DNA of 63,994 nt, filler included. It is 11 parts of 11 records of this genome, joined end to end, with 100 filler letters (N's around TTAATTAATTAA, not from the genome) between each part and the next. Parts side by side here need not be neighbours in the genome. Positions count along the whole stretch, not along the records: positions 47,298 to 50,406 come from SRR7504441_7134; positions 50,507 to 53,647 come from SRR7504441_7141; positions 53,748 to 59,153 come from SRR7504441_7174; positions 59,254 to 63,994 come from SRR7504441_7184; 7 more parts are not named here. One strand, 5' to 3'. Made by a program: the position numbers and the translations under genes. The notes under the pieces were generated by a model. The model saw only the letters and a list, made by a program, of their open reading frames with translations, made no database searches and had not been told where the DNA came from. Positions 47,300 through 59,309 of this stretch are shown piece by piece. Positions within the stretch are counted from its first letter, which is position 1. Every line of letters starts with the position of its first letter.

Positions 47300-48346
47300 T
47301 TAATCAGAACGAAATATTTTATCGGGTGCAACAACTCCCACAGCAGCCGCCACGCAGTTGAAGCCATATATGTCACCGTCGTCTTCGATCTGCCACCCGC
47401 CACTTTTCCCTGTGATCTCAGCTGGCCTACGACGGCTCTGCTCAAACAAGTTAGCATGCATGGCGACCCAGGCATCCTTGGCTTGGTCGACGCACTTCAC
47501 AGCATCCACCATTGTAGCAAACACCCCGATTGCAGTGACACCTTCCCCCTATGCACAAAGGCAGCAACTCAGCGGACGTATGCCCAGAAAAATGAAAGTG
47601 CAGTACCTCCTCACAATGCCCAGAAGAACCACAGCACTCCGTCCTGAAGGCGACCCATACGTTGTCTTCCGTTGTGGGCCCCGGTGCGATAGTGTGCCGT
47701 TCCACCATGAAGTCATATAAAAACAGGTAATCCGGGCATGAGATCTTCCACGCGCTTTCAAATCCTGCGGTGAAATGTTGGCCCTCCTCTTCCTCCTCCT
47801 CCTCCTCCCCCTCCATCTCCTCCTCCTTGATCTGTCACGAGAGACACATTAAAATCTGCCCTGGCGGGAAGAAAAAAGTCACCCAGGCCCCGTCATTTAC
47901 GTCCCATGTATGCAGCAGCTTGTCAGGACCAATGAAGTTGCATTCCCAGTGCTCCGGACGGCGAAAGCCCTTGCGCCTAGCTTCATAAGCAGCACCAGCG
48001 CACTTGAGTGCATCCTCACGGGCAGTGAACGCGCCAAGCAATACGAACGTGTTCCACTGCAGATGCAGCACTATCAGTGTACTGTTGTGGTGGCATACAA
48101 AGTTCGCAAGGGTGTGCATGAGTAGGTACGTACCCCTGAGTCGAGGTCGCGGTACTGAGAGACCGCTAAGTGTACTTGTGCAAATACGCCTGGCCAACAC
48201 CACCAACCCCTGACAATCTGCTCGAGGAGAGGGTGCCCGCGCAGCAGTTGGAGCGGGCTGTGCTCGTCGTGGGTGCCGCACAGGAAGGTGCGGACGATCT
48301 CACTCACCCAGGGAGGAGGGAGAGGGCTGTCATTGTCGGTTGACAT
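47300..48346 (-). CDS. Hypothetical protein with an internally duplicated domain (4 exons)
   Basis: Two similar segments (LGAFTAREDALKCAGAA and IGVFATMVDAVKCVDQA). Introns are longer (about 50-80 nt) and more AT-rich than elsewhere. Confidence 0.55.
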
Positions 48347-48378
48347 TTCGGTACTTGGTGCGATCCGTTACTCGCGAG

Positions 48379-49005
48379 ATGGGCCAGGCCGGCAGCCAGT
48401 ACAACTTCACTCCCGAGCAGCGGGCTCGGGTGCCGGGCGTCCGTTACTGGGCTGATGGCGGCGGGCCAGCTGGCGTCCGTCTACGATCAGATCGACGTGG
48501 ACGGCAACGGCGAGCTGGTGCGGCCAGTCCCTAGCCTTGACCCTAAAGCCCGGCGGCCGCAGGACTACCAAGAGATAAAGCGGCTGTTCCTGGGGGATGA
48601 GGCCAAGGCCTGGGCCTTCTTCGGCGCCCGGCTGTCCCGGCCGGCGGTCGAGCCCGGGGGTAGAGGAGGCGGACAGTATAGAGACGGATGGCATCATCTC
48701 CAAGGTGACTGACCAATCTGTGGCCTGAGCGCCCCCGAGCCCGGCCAGTTGTGGCTGAGAGCGGCCCGCAGGAGGAGCTGCTGAAGTACGCGGACACGCT
48801 CAACACTAAGAGCCCGGGGAAGCTAGAGGAGGTCGGAGCGGGGCAGAATTGGGAATAAAGAATTGATGGGCAGGTACTGGAAACCTGGGAGCGAAACCTA
48901 GAGACGATAGCGCAGAGCGAGCCGCCGGTAGCCAAACCTGGGTGCTTTAGCTGGCTGGGTGCTACCATGCTGTACAACCCGTGTAAGAAGGTCAACGGTC
49001 AGTAG
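48379..49005 (+). CDS. Small N-myristoylated EF-hand Ca2+-binding protein (6 exons)
   Basis: MGQAGS myristoylation motif; EF loops DVDGNGELDYQE and DSIETDGIISKEE appear only after splicing. Confidence 0.78.
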
Positions 49006-49423
49006 CACCACGTGCACTGCGTGATTTAGGATTAGTTTTTGATACGAGTATATAGTTTAGCGCAATACAATGAGCAAAGTAGATCGATCCAAACGGCTGA
49101 TGGCCGCTCAAGGAGGCCCAACTGCCGATGGGCTGATCGTACGGTAGTCGCGTCGAGTAATACGATTGGGTTTGTCTTACGTGTGTCTTATGTTTACACT
49201 ATTAATTAATAGATAGGTATGTGAGTATAATCATCGTACTATCATCGTAGCAAACCATTAGCAAACAGGCTTCATGGTGCGTCACCTTTCCTCCACGAGC
49301 ATACTGCACTACTCGTACGTATAGTGCAGGATCGCAGGTTCAGTTCGTCAGTTTCTCGCCCATGACAGTTGATGCGCCAATCGGTCAAAGACAAAGTCGC
49401 GGCTGGACCACGCGGCGCCGACG

Positions 49424-50181
49424 ATGATGACGTTCCTGCCGCTGGCGGACTTCGCGGCCAGCGCCGCAGCGCTCGACTACCACCGGCTGCAGAACCAGCG
49501 CACGGCGCCCGGCAGTGCCGGCCGGGCCGACGGCGGGCAGGAGGCGCGCTTTGTGCTGGAATGGCTGGAGGGCCGGGCGGGCGCGATGGGCCTCGGGGGC
49601 TACGGGGCCGCTCGGATGTGGAGCGGGTTCCGGGACGCTCTGGCCTTATACTACAACGCTATGCTCGCCGAGTACGAGCGACGAGGCTTCAAAAACGGTC
49701 CAAACGCGGCCGGCGGGAGTGAGCATTCGGCAGGGCCCACTATGTCGCCGGCCGCGGTGCCCACGGGCGGGGCCCAGATGCCGCCCTGGCTGGGTGACGC
49801 CCGGTTCCACGCATCGCACCGGACGATGCTCCTCCGCAAGAAGCCCGAGTACTATCAGGGCCGCGGATGGATCGAGGAACAGGTGCCTGGATCAGAGTCT
49901 CGGGCTCTGATCACGGGCAGGGCGCCGAGTTTGACGAGTATCTCTACCCGGTGCCGCTGGAGGACGGCCGCTGGGGATTGTACCCGCAGTCACTGGCCAA
50001 GACCAAGACTGTGGTGGCGATAGCACACGGTGATCTCGTCTCCCGTAAAGGCGATGCGAGCAAGAAGCGGAAGAAGCGCGCGGCAATCGAGGACCAGGCG
50101 GACAGCTCGGATGACGATAAGCCAATCAGCCAGCTGCGAGTTCGGCGGAGCAGCCGGCGGCGGGTCAGTTCCGCCCCGTGA
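49424..50181 (+). CDS. Pyrimidine-dimer DNA glycosylase/T4 endonuclease V-like (MSMEG_6728-type) protein with a basic C-terminal tail
   Basis: MMTFLPLADFAASAAALDYHRLQNQRTEA..., MWSG, EYERRG, PPWLGDARFHASHRTMLLRKKPEYY, YLYPV. Introns 49505-49540 (GC-AG), 49698-49733 and 49883-49920. Confidence 0.82.
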
Positions 50182-50894
50182 AATATTATGTGCGCCCATT
50201 AATTTTGAAGCGATGCTCATGGCGATGCTCCAGCTATATATTTAGAGATTTTGTTAATTACTTTGATTTAATAGTAAAAGTCGAGTACCTGGTACGGACT
50301 TCCAGGCCGGGTGGTAGCCGCCTTGCATGACTAGCTCGAACAACGAGTCTGTGGCGGGAGCAAGTTGGTCTCCACAGCAAGGCTACTATTTACTATTTGA
50401 CTATTTNNNNNNNNNNNNNNNNNNNNNNNNNNNNNNNNNNNNNNNNNNNNTTAATTAATTAANNNNNNNNNNNNNNNNNNNNNNNNNNNNNNNNNNNNNN
50501 NNNNNNCTAAATTGGTAATTTCAACTATTAGTAAATTTACTCATGCATTTCTATTGAAAAACTTTTGGTAAATTTAGATGGTGCTCGAGTGGTTGCAGCA
50601 CCATGCACTCAACACGCATGATCACGACGTGCATCAAGGCCGCCCGTTTTCAGCCTACCGCCTACGTCAGCACTGAAGCAATAGCTGCCATTGACACCGA
50701 GGCAAAGGTGAACGTGCAAAATCTGACGATGCAGCATGACACTGTCGAATACAATGACAAGAGCTATACCCCAAATTTGTAAGGGCCTGGGCACGCTACA
50801 GGTACATACCTGTCCCGTACCAGGTACATGTACGACTGTAGCTAGTAGATTGAAAGAGAAGATTGTCGTTGGATTCATGGGGTTTTGAGACCGA

Positions 50895-52764
50895 ATGGAG
50901 TTGGAGGCCGCGGTGGCGTCGGCCAAATCGACCGGCCGGCGTGCGGACGTGACAATGTGCGCCCGGGGCCGGGCCGGGCTGAGTTGGGGCCAGTTCGCTG
51001 CTCCGCCAAGTCTGCCAGGAGCGCGACTCGGTGCGGGCGATCGCGGGCGAGCCGGAGGGCGGGCAGGTGGAGGCGTCGGCGGCCAGCGCCTGGTCCCAGC
51101 TGGAGCAGGCCCAGCAGGAACTGGCCGGGCTTAAGGCGGAGCTGGCTCAGCGGCCGGGCGGGCAACTGGTGGCGGCGCAGCGGGCGCTGGGCGGGGTGGT
51201 AGAAGAGTCCGAAGGGCGGTTGAGCCGACTGATGAGCGAGCTGGCTGCGATGAAGAGCCAGCAGCTGCGGGTGGCCGAGGACCAGGAGAGCCGGATAGCG
51301 CGGCTTGAGGCCGAGCGGGAAGCGGCGCGGGACGAGTTGGAGCTGGCCAGCCGGGGGCAGCAGGCCCAGCTGGTTCAGTTCAAGCACGACCTCGAGCGGC
51401 TCAAGCTGGCCCATAAGCAGCAGGTGGACCAGCTGCTCGAGCAGCTCGCCCGGCAGGAAGCGCTGCTCCAGGACGAGAAGCGCGAGACGCACGCGGCAGC
51501 ACTAGAGCTCAGCCGGCTGCGGCAGCAGGCGAGTCCGATCGAGCCGGAGCTGGCAGCGCTCGCTGAGGAGCTGGCCGAGCGGCACGCAAGGCAGGCAGAC
51601 GGAGTGCAGGGGCACATCCCGCGGCTCAGGGCGGTGGCGGAGGGCCTGGCCGCTGAGCGCGATCAGCTGGCGCGAGAGCTGGTCAAGGCCGAGGCGGAGT
51701 TGGTCAGCAGGCCACTTCAAGCGAGCTCCGAGCCGGAGGCCAAGCCGAGCGGCCAGCTGAAGGTGCTAGGGAGCTCCGAAGCCGAGGCGCAGGCCAGCGG
51801 CCAGCTGGAGCGGGAGCTGGCTGGGCTGCGCGCACAGCTCGAGTCGCAAGCCGAGGCGGCGGCCGGCGAGCAGGCGAAGGCGGCGCAGGCGCACGCGGGG
51901 GAGCTGCGCGAGCTGCAGGCCCAGCTGGAGTCGCAGCAGGCGCTGGTGGTCGAGCTCAAGGGGCAGCTGGCCGAGGGCGAGCTCCTGCCCACTCATGCCG
52001 AGCAGCAGGCCGAGCGAGTGTCTGCACTCGAGGCTAGACTCGGGCAAGCCGAGGCCCAAGCCCAGCGAGTGAAGCAGCTGGACGCCAAGCTGCGCCGGGC
52101 CGAGGCAGAGAGAGACGAGGCCGAGCTGGCGGCCGAGCGGGCAGCTAAGCTGATGAGCGCGGGCAAGGCGGCCGAGCAGAGGGCGGTGCAGGCCGAGACG
52201 CAGGCGCGAGGGGCGCGGACCGAGCTCGGCAAGATGGGAGCCGAGCTGGAGCGGGCGCGGATCGGGTTTGATCAGGGGCAGGCCGAGCTGGAGATGATGC
52301 GAGGGCACATGGTCGAGATGGGCATGGTCGAGGCCGAGCTGAGGGATCAGCTGCTCCGCGAGAGGCAGCTCGCTGCACACAAGCTCGCGGGCGTAGAGGC
52401 GGCTCGTGAGCAGCTAGCTGACAAGGCCAAGCAGCTCGCACTGGCAGCGATCATCCAGCCGCCGGATGAGTCGAGCTTGACCGTTTCAAAATCTGACGAG
52501 GGCAAGATCGACCGAGGAAGGGTCGAAATCGAGCCGCACCTTGTCGACCGGCAATCCAACAGCGACACCCCGCCGCCACCGCCTCCGCCGCCGCCGCCGC
52601 CACCTCCGCCAATGGAATATTTGGTGGAGCAGCCGGGCCGGCTGAGCGGGCTGGAAAGGGAACTCAAGGCGCTCCAAGACTCGCCGGTGCGACGGCGGAG
52701 AGTGATCTACGATAGAGGCAACATGGGAGTTCCCATTGCACGAAGAGGCAATCATCTGCTCTAG
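50895..52764 (+). CDS. Coiled-coil protein with a poly-proline stretch
   Basis: 577-aa heptad ORF joined to an ATG exon by an intron at about 50957-50993. Confidence 0.75.
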
Positions 52765-53001
52765 CAGGTTCACGCGTTGCAGCGACGCCGGCTTGTGTTG
52801 AACAGAGTATCGTGCAGAGTGCGCGCATGCATAATTATTATCGCATGAGGGGTCCACTATGATTGTGGACATTGGATACCGGCATGTAATGTAGAGAATT
52901 TGATTAGAATTTGATGAAAATTTGATGGGAGCAAGTTTTAAATAAAGATCTTTGAGAATAGTTCGAGAAAGTCTACTGGGCATGCGCAATAATTCTGAAC
53001 G

Positions 53002-53647
53002 CTATGCACAGTTGACTTGGAGTTTTTGTAAACATTCAGGCAGGCTCCTACGTCGGGCCCATATGACTTGCTTGTTTTGCTTGTGCTCTTTACAGCCAAT
53101 TGGTACACGCGGCTGAGGCTTGGTACTAGAACAGTCCACCGTTGATAACTGCGGTGTCAGTACAGCAGCTGGTTTGAAGCACATGACTTGCGGGGGCAAC
53201 GCTGCGACCCGTGCGCCTGACTGAGACACGGGCCTCTTGCTCTGCTTGTTTGTTGGATTGGGCATTTTAGCTTGCGCTGGAGGCATAGGTGGTTTAAGCC
53301 CGACTGTTGGTGGATGTCCGCTACAGTCAATCGATACAGACTTCACAGGCGCCGCTCTTCGCTTCCTCTGAGTCTGCGGAGTGACTTGAAACCCCCAGTC
53401 TAGGGCAGCCCTGGCACAATCCCACCTGAACCCTCACGATCAAATGCACTCTTCCAGGCATGCATGCACCGGATGTCCGAACTAGGTGAGCCGAGTACAA
53501 TTGCAATGAGTGATATCCCGTTGCGCGTGGCTGTGGCGAAACCAGAATTCGGCCCCTTTATGATTAACACGAGATCCTTGTATGAAACACATAAGACGTC
53601 CACTGGAGTCACAGGAGCTGAGTTCTGAGGACAATGCGACCGGGGGG
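53002..53647 (-). CDS. C-terminal part of a peptidase S11 (D-Ala-D-Ala carboxypeptidase)-like protein, 5'-partial
   Basis: Splicing intron 53469-53426 gives FATATRNGISLIAIVLGSPSSDIRWDCARAALDWGF, the S11 domain C-terminus, then a basic disordered tail. Confidence 0.6.
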
Positions 53648-53747
53648 NNNNNNNNNNNNNNNNNNNNNNNNNNNNNNNNNNNNNNNNNNNNTTAATTAAT
53701 TAANNNNNNNNNNNNNNNNNNNNNNNNNNNNNNNNNNNNNNNNNNNN

Positions 53748-55504
53748 CGGGGCGGGAGATTTGTGGCAAGTATAAGAAGACCGGCCACTGCCCGGCCTTC
53801 GACCCCGGCGGCAAGGGCAAATGCGCCTTCGATCACCCGCCCGAGCTGATCCGACTCAAGGCCGCCGGGATCCCCGAGGACCAGGCCGCCAGCCCGGTTC
53901 GCGTGGCCCGGCCTGCGCCGAGCACCGCCGAGCCGGGGGTCTCTTCCAACGTACAACGCCGCCGGGAGATGGAGCAGCAGCAGCAGGAGGCCGACCAGCT
54001 GGACGCGGCCCGCCGGCAGGAGCAGCAGGCCCGGTCGGACGACGGTCTCCGCAGGCGGCGGGAGGAGGCCGAGAAGCGGGCTAAGGCCCGGGAGGCGCAG
54101 AAGAAGGCGCAGATGGCGCAGGCCAAGGAGGAGAAGCACCAGCTGCAGCTGGAGGAGCGGCAGCGCCGGAAGGAAATGATGAACCGGGAGAAGCAAGCCC
54201 TGGAGGAGATGGAGGCCAAGAAACAGCTGCAGGCCGAGCAGCGCAAGGAGAAGCGGCTGGCCGAGCGGCAGGCTCAGGAGGCCGAGGACCGGGCCAGGGA
54301 GGCGATGGAGACCGAGGCTCGCACCAAGAAGCGAGCAGACGAAGTGGCCAGGAGGGAAGCCGAGGCGGCAGCCAGGCGCGAGGCCGAGGCGATGCTGCAG
54401 AACAAGCTGGACGAGGAGGCGCGGGTCCGGCAGGGGGAGGCGATGGCGGCCGCGGCGGCCCGGCAGGAGCAGCTGGAAAAGGAGGCTGTGCGGCAGTTGG
54501 AGATGGCGGAATCCGAAAGGCAGCAGGCGGAGCAGAGGGAAGCCGACAAATCAAAGGCGAGGGAGGTCAACTTCCAGCACAGCGAAGTGAACCCGCAGCA
54601 CGAGATGGAGTACATGATGCAGCGGGAAGCTCAGCGGATGGGCAAGGCGCCGCCAATCAAGCCGGCCGTGATCGTGGAGCCCGTGGAGCCCGAATGGCCG
54701 ATCAAAGTGGAGCCTCCGACCACCGACCGTGCCACGATTAAGGCCCAGCGGCGGCTCTGGCGGGGGGTGGAGCAGGACGATGTCGAGATGGTGCGGGGGG
54801 CGCTCCGCGACGGGGCGCTGCTAAACCACAGCTCGCCGGCGCTGCTCGGGATGTCTGTGCTCCACCTGGCGGCTCACGCGGGACACAGCGGAGTGGTGAA
54901 GAGCCTGCTGCATGAGGGCGGCACCGTGGACCTGCGCGACTTGAGCATGGGCACTCCGATGCACTATGCGGCCAGGACCGGCCAGTCTGAAGTTGTCGAG
55001 ATCCTGCTGCGCGCTCACGCCAGCACAGGGTGCGCGGACCGGTTCGGGAGGGTGCCGCTGCACCTGGCGGCTTCGAACGCCGGGCAGGGGGCGGTTTACA
55101 CCGCGATGGCGCTGATCAAGGCCCGGGCGTCGTGCAATGTTCAAGATAAATATGGCCAGTCGCCTTTGCACTTGGCGTGCCGGCAGCAGTTACAGTTCAC
55201 CGCTAAGTACATGGTAGACCATGGCGAAGCAGACCCGGATCTCCGGGATTTAATGGGTCGTAAACCGGAGCAGCTGCTGCAGGAGGCAGCCTGGCAGCTC
55301 CGTGTGGGGGCTCCTCTAGCACCTGGGCAGCCAGCGAGCTCGCCCCCACCTCAGCAGCCCAATGAAGAGATCGCTGGAGGCTGGAGCAACCCAGAGCTTG
55401 AGTCTGTGATGTTTGACAACGAGAACCCAGATCCGAGCCCTGCCACCGCCGGCTACTCGGCGAGGCGAACGGCTGCTGAAGACGACGGCTGTCTGCAGCA
55501 ATAA
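53748..55504 (+). CDS. CCCH zinc finger + coiled coil + ankyrin-repeat protein (5'-partial)
   Basis: Frame open to the contig edge gives EICGKYKKTGHCPAFDPGGKGKCAFDH; ankyrin repeats GMSVLHLAA, GTPMHYAA, GRVPLHLAA, GQSPLHLAC. Confidence 0.82.
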
Positions 55505-56085
55505 GAGCGGAGTAAAACGCGCTCGACTGTTGCTTAAGCTCTGGCTCTGGCTCTGTCTGATGTGACAGAGCTCTCTATTCGGTGCCTGCAACACGTAACC
55601 GCTCGATTGTTGATGTCAGTAACACAATCATGCACATCTAAAGGATCTGATGCACATCATGATCAACCGAATTACAACCGAATATGATCATGAAAGCAGT
55701 CAGCTTCGACTAGTATAGCTAACTGCTTATAAACTAGCTTACCCTAAATTAAAGCCGTAAAACTTAAAAAGCATCTATAAAAGCATCAAAGGAGTCATTA
55801 TTTGAATGAAGTGCTCGTACGCATGTTGTTGTTGACGCGGCTAACGCTGCTGACGTGACAGCTATGAGACAGCTCTCATGAGCTCTGCGAGCTCTGAGTG
55901 TACACGAGCTGCTGTACAATACTGAGTAATCCTGTCTCCATAAAGACGCTCCCGAGTCAAAAAAGAACAATACTGAATACTCGTAGCTCCGACTGTATCG
56001 AGCTACATGTATGTACATGTACGTACCGTACGGCTATAATGACGGCTACACGGCTAATGTACGGCTAATGTCGGCTATACATGCC

Positions 56086-56790
56086 TTTATCTTATTTTAT
56101 TACCAGGTATCGAGCTGGTCGTCAGCTGGGGGCAAAATCATAGGCCAGCAAGAGTGCCATGACACTCACTTCAAGCCGTGCTTGAGAGCTGACTCTGTAG
56201 CGATTCTCTCTTTCCCATCTTTCGTTTTCGGTGCGACCAATGCCATGTTTAAGTGGCGTGCCCTCATGCTCCTCTGCTGGATGCTGGCTCCCACTGATCT
56301 GGTTGATGTCGTCCATCTCTCCCTGAAGTAACACCGAGCACATCCGTCAAAGTAACACCGAGCACGTGTCTACCTCTGAGCGATGCCTCCGCCTACCCGC
56401 TTTACGCATGTCTGGCAGGTCAATCCCTACCTTGTCGTCTAGTGGTTCTGGCTTCTTATCCTCCTCAGAGGGACAGAGCAGTCCCCAAGCGCTCCCCTGA
56501 GATGAGCAGATGCTCACCCTTATGGGATGCAACGAGTCACCAAGGTAGATATGCAAAGCGCAACGATGGCAACAAACCAACCGGGCCGTCTGCGTTGCCA
56601 TACTACTATCAGACAGGGCGGCGGGGGCAAGGCGTCTCACTTTTCAGATATCTTGAGTGCCATGGATGGACATCATAGGGAGCAAGTGCCCCCTCAGGAC
56701 CAAGCTATGCCAACAGTGGAGGTTCGTCACATTACCACTCTGACTCTTTTCAATACGATGCAAACGTTTAAATTTGACCGACCAATACGT
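56086..56790 (-). CDS. Possible hypothetical multi-exon gene
   Basis: Same-frame ORFs 56347-56640 and 56122-56343 can be joined by a 51-nt GT-AG intron. Start unresolved. Confidence 0.3.
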
Positions 56791-57299
56791 ATTCTGTGCA
56801 CATACATGCATATAATCAATTTTTGATGATGTTAAATTGTTTTATTAGAAATATAATTATATGAATCACTCTACGGTTGTAAGGGCGGGGGACCTGGCTG
56901 ACGTGGCTGTTAACATGGCCTAGACTCGGCTGTAACCCGGTTGTTCCCTCCTCGAACCCCCCAGAACTTGGATTATCGACACAACTTCAAGCACAATACT
57001 AAAGGAATGCAACAGATGCACCAGGCCACTGGCGCTTATAAAGTGGCGCGCCTACTGTACTGACATATTGAATCAGTTATACTGACGATATACTGTATAG
57101 TGCAAACCGATTACAAACCGATTGTCAGATCTAGAGCGAGCTGGCCCGTGCCAATTTCGATACTGGTCAGTGCAACTCATTGTACTGTACAAGCGGGCAG
57201 TCGATTTCAATCAACCTTGCCAATTACTTGCCAATTTTCTAAACGTCCTTGGGTATGAGCATTTGCCACTGAGACACGAGTTATTCATTGATCTTTTGA

Positions 57300-58976
57300 C
57301 GTTTGCTCGCTGCAAAACAAAGCACGTGGTCAAAGATGTGCCATAGATCATCCCTGTTACTACAAGCCTAGACCTCGACTTAAATGACTAAGCACTTAGC
57401 CCTGAGCAGTAAGTTGCACCTGCTTGAACCACGCCTTTGACAGCAGTCTGCGCCTGTCGACCCATGTTAGCCTTCAGCCACACCACACGGGCACGTGCGG
57501 GTTGGAAACTGCTCGCTGATTGATCGCCGCCAGCATGGATCCAGGCTCCTGCTGTAGAGCAGCTCAGCCGCTGGGCGTGACTACCTCACCTCAACTAGGG
57601 CATACTGCTCCCCATCTGAGCTGGCTGGAACGAACTGAGCCAGTTGTGGCGTTGGCTGGCCTTCCGCATCATTCTGCAATCGCCCGTGCCGGCTGCCCAA
57701 TCGCAGCGGTGGCACCGCGCACATTGCGACCCACAGAGAATGGTCGTCCGGGTCAAAGCAAGCTGAACTGGCAGGATGCGCGAGCTCGAGCTGCTGCACC
57801 TGTGCTGGCTCACCCGGCAGTGCCGATGTGCTCCGGCGCCTGGCTGAGGCTGGCTGGGTTGGTAGTGAGCTTCATGAACACCAGCGCACAGCTGCCCGGC
57901 CGTTCGGATTGCTAGGGCATGTGCTCACCCTTCGGTGGCCGCAGCCAGCAGCTGGCCCTGGGCTCCTAGAGCTAGAGCAGTAACTGCCCCGCCCAGGCTG
58001 TGCCTCTGCAGCTGTTCCCCTGCGGCCAGATCCCGTCACCCGTCCAACGGCCTCGCACCCGTGCTGTGTCGCCATAGGATTAGGTCGCCCTCGCCATCGG
58101 CCGAGATTAGAAGGCTCGGGTCCGACGGGACGGCCGCCAGCTGCGTGATGTGCCTGAGCGCCCGGTGACAAGCCCGGCTGCCAAGCGCTCACTTTGAATG
58201 CCCGAGGCAGTATGACTCGATGTTGAACCCGTCCGGGAAGCACGAGCACCGGATGCTGGCGTCCCGGTCTCCGGTGATCACAGTTGACGAGCCGGGCATC
58301 AACGCCTATCCTGCCCGTCACGCCGCGGCAATGCGGGCCAACCATGCACGTGATGATCGAGACGTGCCCCAGGCAAAACTGCTGCGGGCCAGCTGGCTCG
58401 AGCTGCACAGTCTGCACCTCGCCGAATTTGTCGGCCCCCGCCACGATTGAGCCGTCCTCGGAGGCAACCACCGCGGTAGCCTTCTTAGCGAGGGTGCTGC
58501 CATGGGCTGGACGGCCAGCTGTTAGCCATGCAGGCACCAGGATCGGCGCAGCGTCCAGTCAGATGTGGACCAGACCTTGAGCTGCGCAGCTGCCTAGTCA
58601 GCGCGTCGGCCGGCGGCCACACTCACTTGCTTGTCGTCGGCCCCGCTCACAATCACCTTGCCGTCCTTCGAGACCGCCAGCGCACGAATCACCCCGCTGT
58701 GCGCATCGGCACAGCCAACCGAACTCCAGCGAGGCTCCCCGAGCTGCCTGCCGTCGCACCGTTACGGCTCACCGCGCCAGCGGCCACTCACTCGCCCAAG
58801 TCGAACACGTACAGGTGTGCCCCCGCCGATATCGCCAGCCAGCGCCCAAATCTGGCGACGCACGAGCACGGTGGGTCGACGTCGCTGGACTGGCCGATCT
58901 CAGCATCATTCGTCTGGCCATCTTCATGCTTGGATTTGTTCCGCCGGCGAGCTGCACGGGCACTCGCCGAGGGCAT
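57300..58976 (-). CDS. TRM82: WD40 protein Trm82/WDR4, non-catalytic subunit of the tRNA m7G46 methyltransferase
   Basis: AGADKFGEV, FCLGHVSIITCM, TGDRDASIRCSCFPDGFNIESYCLGH across short introns. 3' end approximate. Confidence 0.82.
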
Positions 58977-59309
58977 TCGCAGTCTGACGCCTCCGTTGCT
59001 ACCGGTACCAGGACGGGCCGCAGCTGCCAGTGCTGCTAGCTGCCAGTCAACCCGGTGCAGTTTTTTGTGGAATCGCGCTAGAATCGCGCTAGCTTTCCGG
59101 CCAGTTCGGCCGGGGGTTCATACGGTCGGTGAAATCACGCCCTTCCCACGTAGNNNNNNNNNNNNNNNNNNNNNNNNNNNNNNNNNNNNNNNNNNNNTTA
59201 ATTAATTAANNNNNNNNNNNNNNNNNNNNNNNNNNNNNNNNNNNNNNNNNNNNTAAGGGTACTTTAAGTTCTCATAGGACGCATCTAAGACATTGATTGA
59301 TTGTACATG

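Noticed and set aside
50578-50782. Short plus-strand ORF-like stretch upstream of the coiled-coil gene
   Set aside because: Under 60 codons, no recognisable motif, and not joinable by a convincing intron.
56326-56365. 16-bp duplication that appears to break an ORF (pseudogene)
   Set aside because: Both copies lie inside a plausible 51-nt GT-AG intron whose removal keeps the frame.
56880-56990. GGTTCGA B-box-like motif suggesting a tRNA or SINE
   Set aside because: No cloverleaf or A-box could be built.
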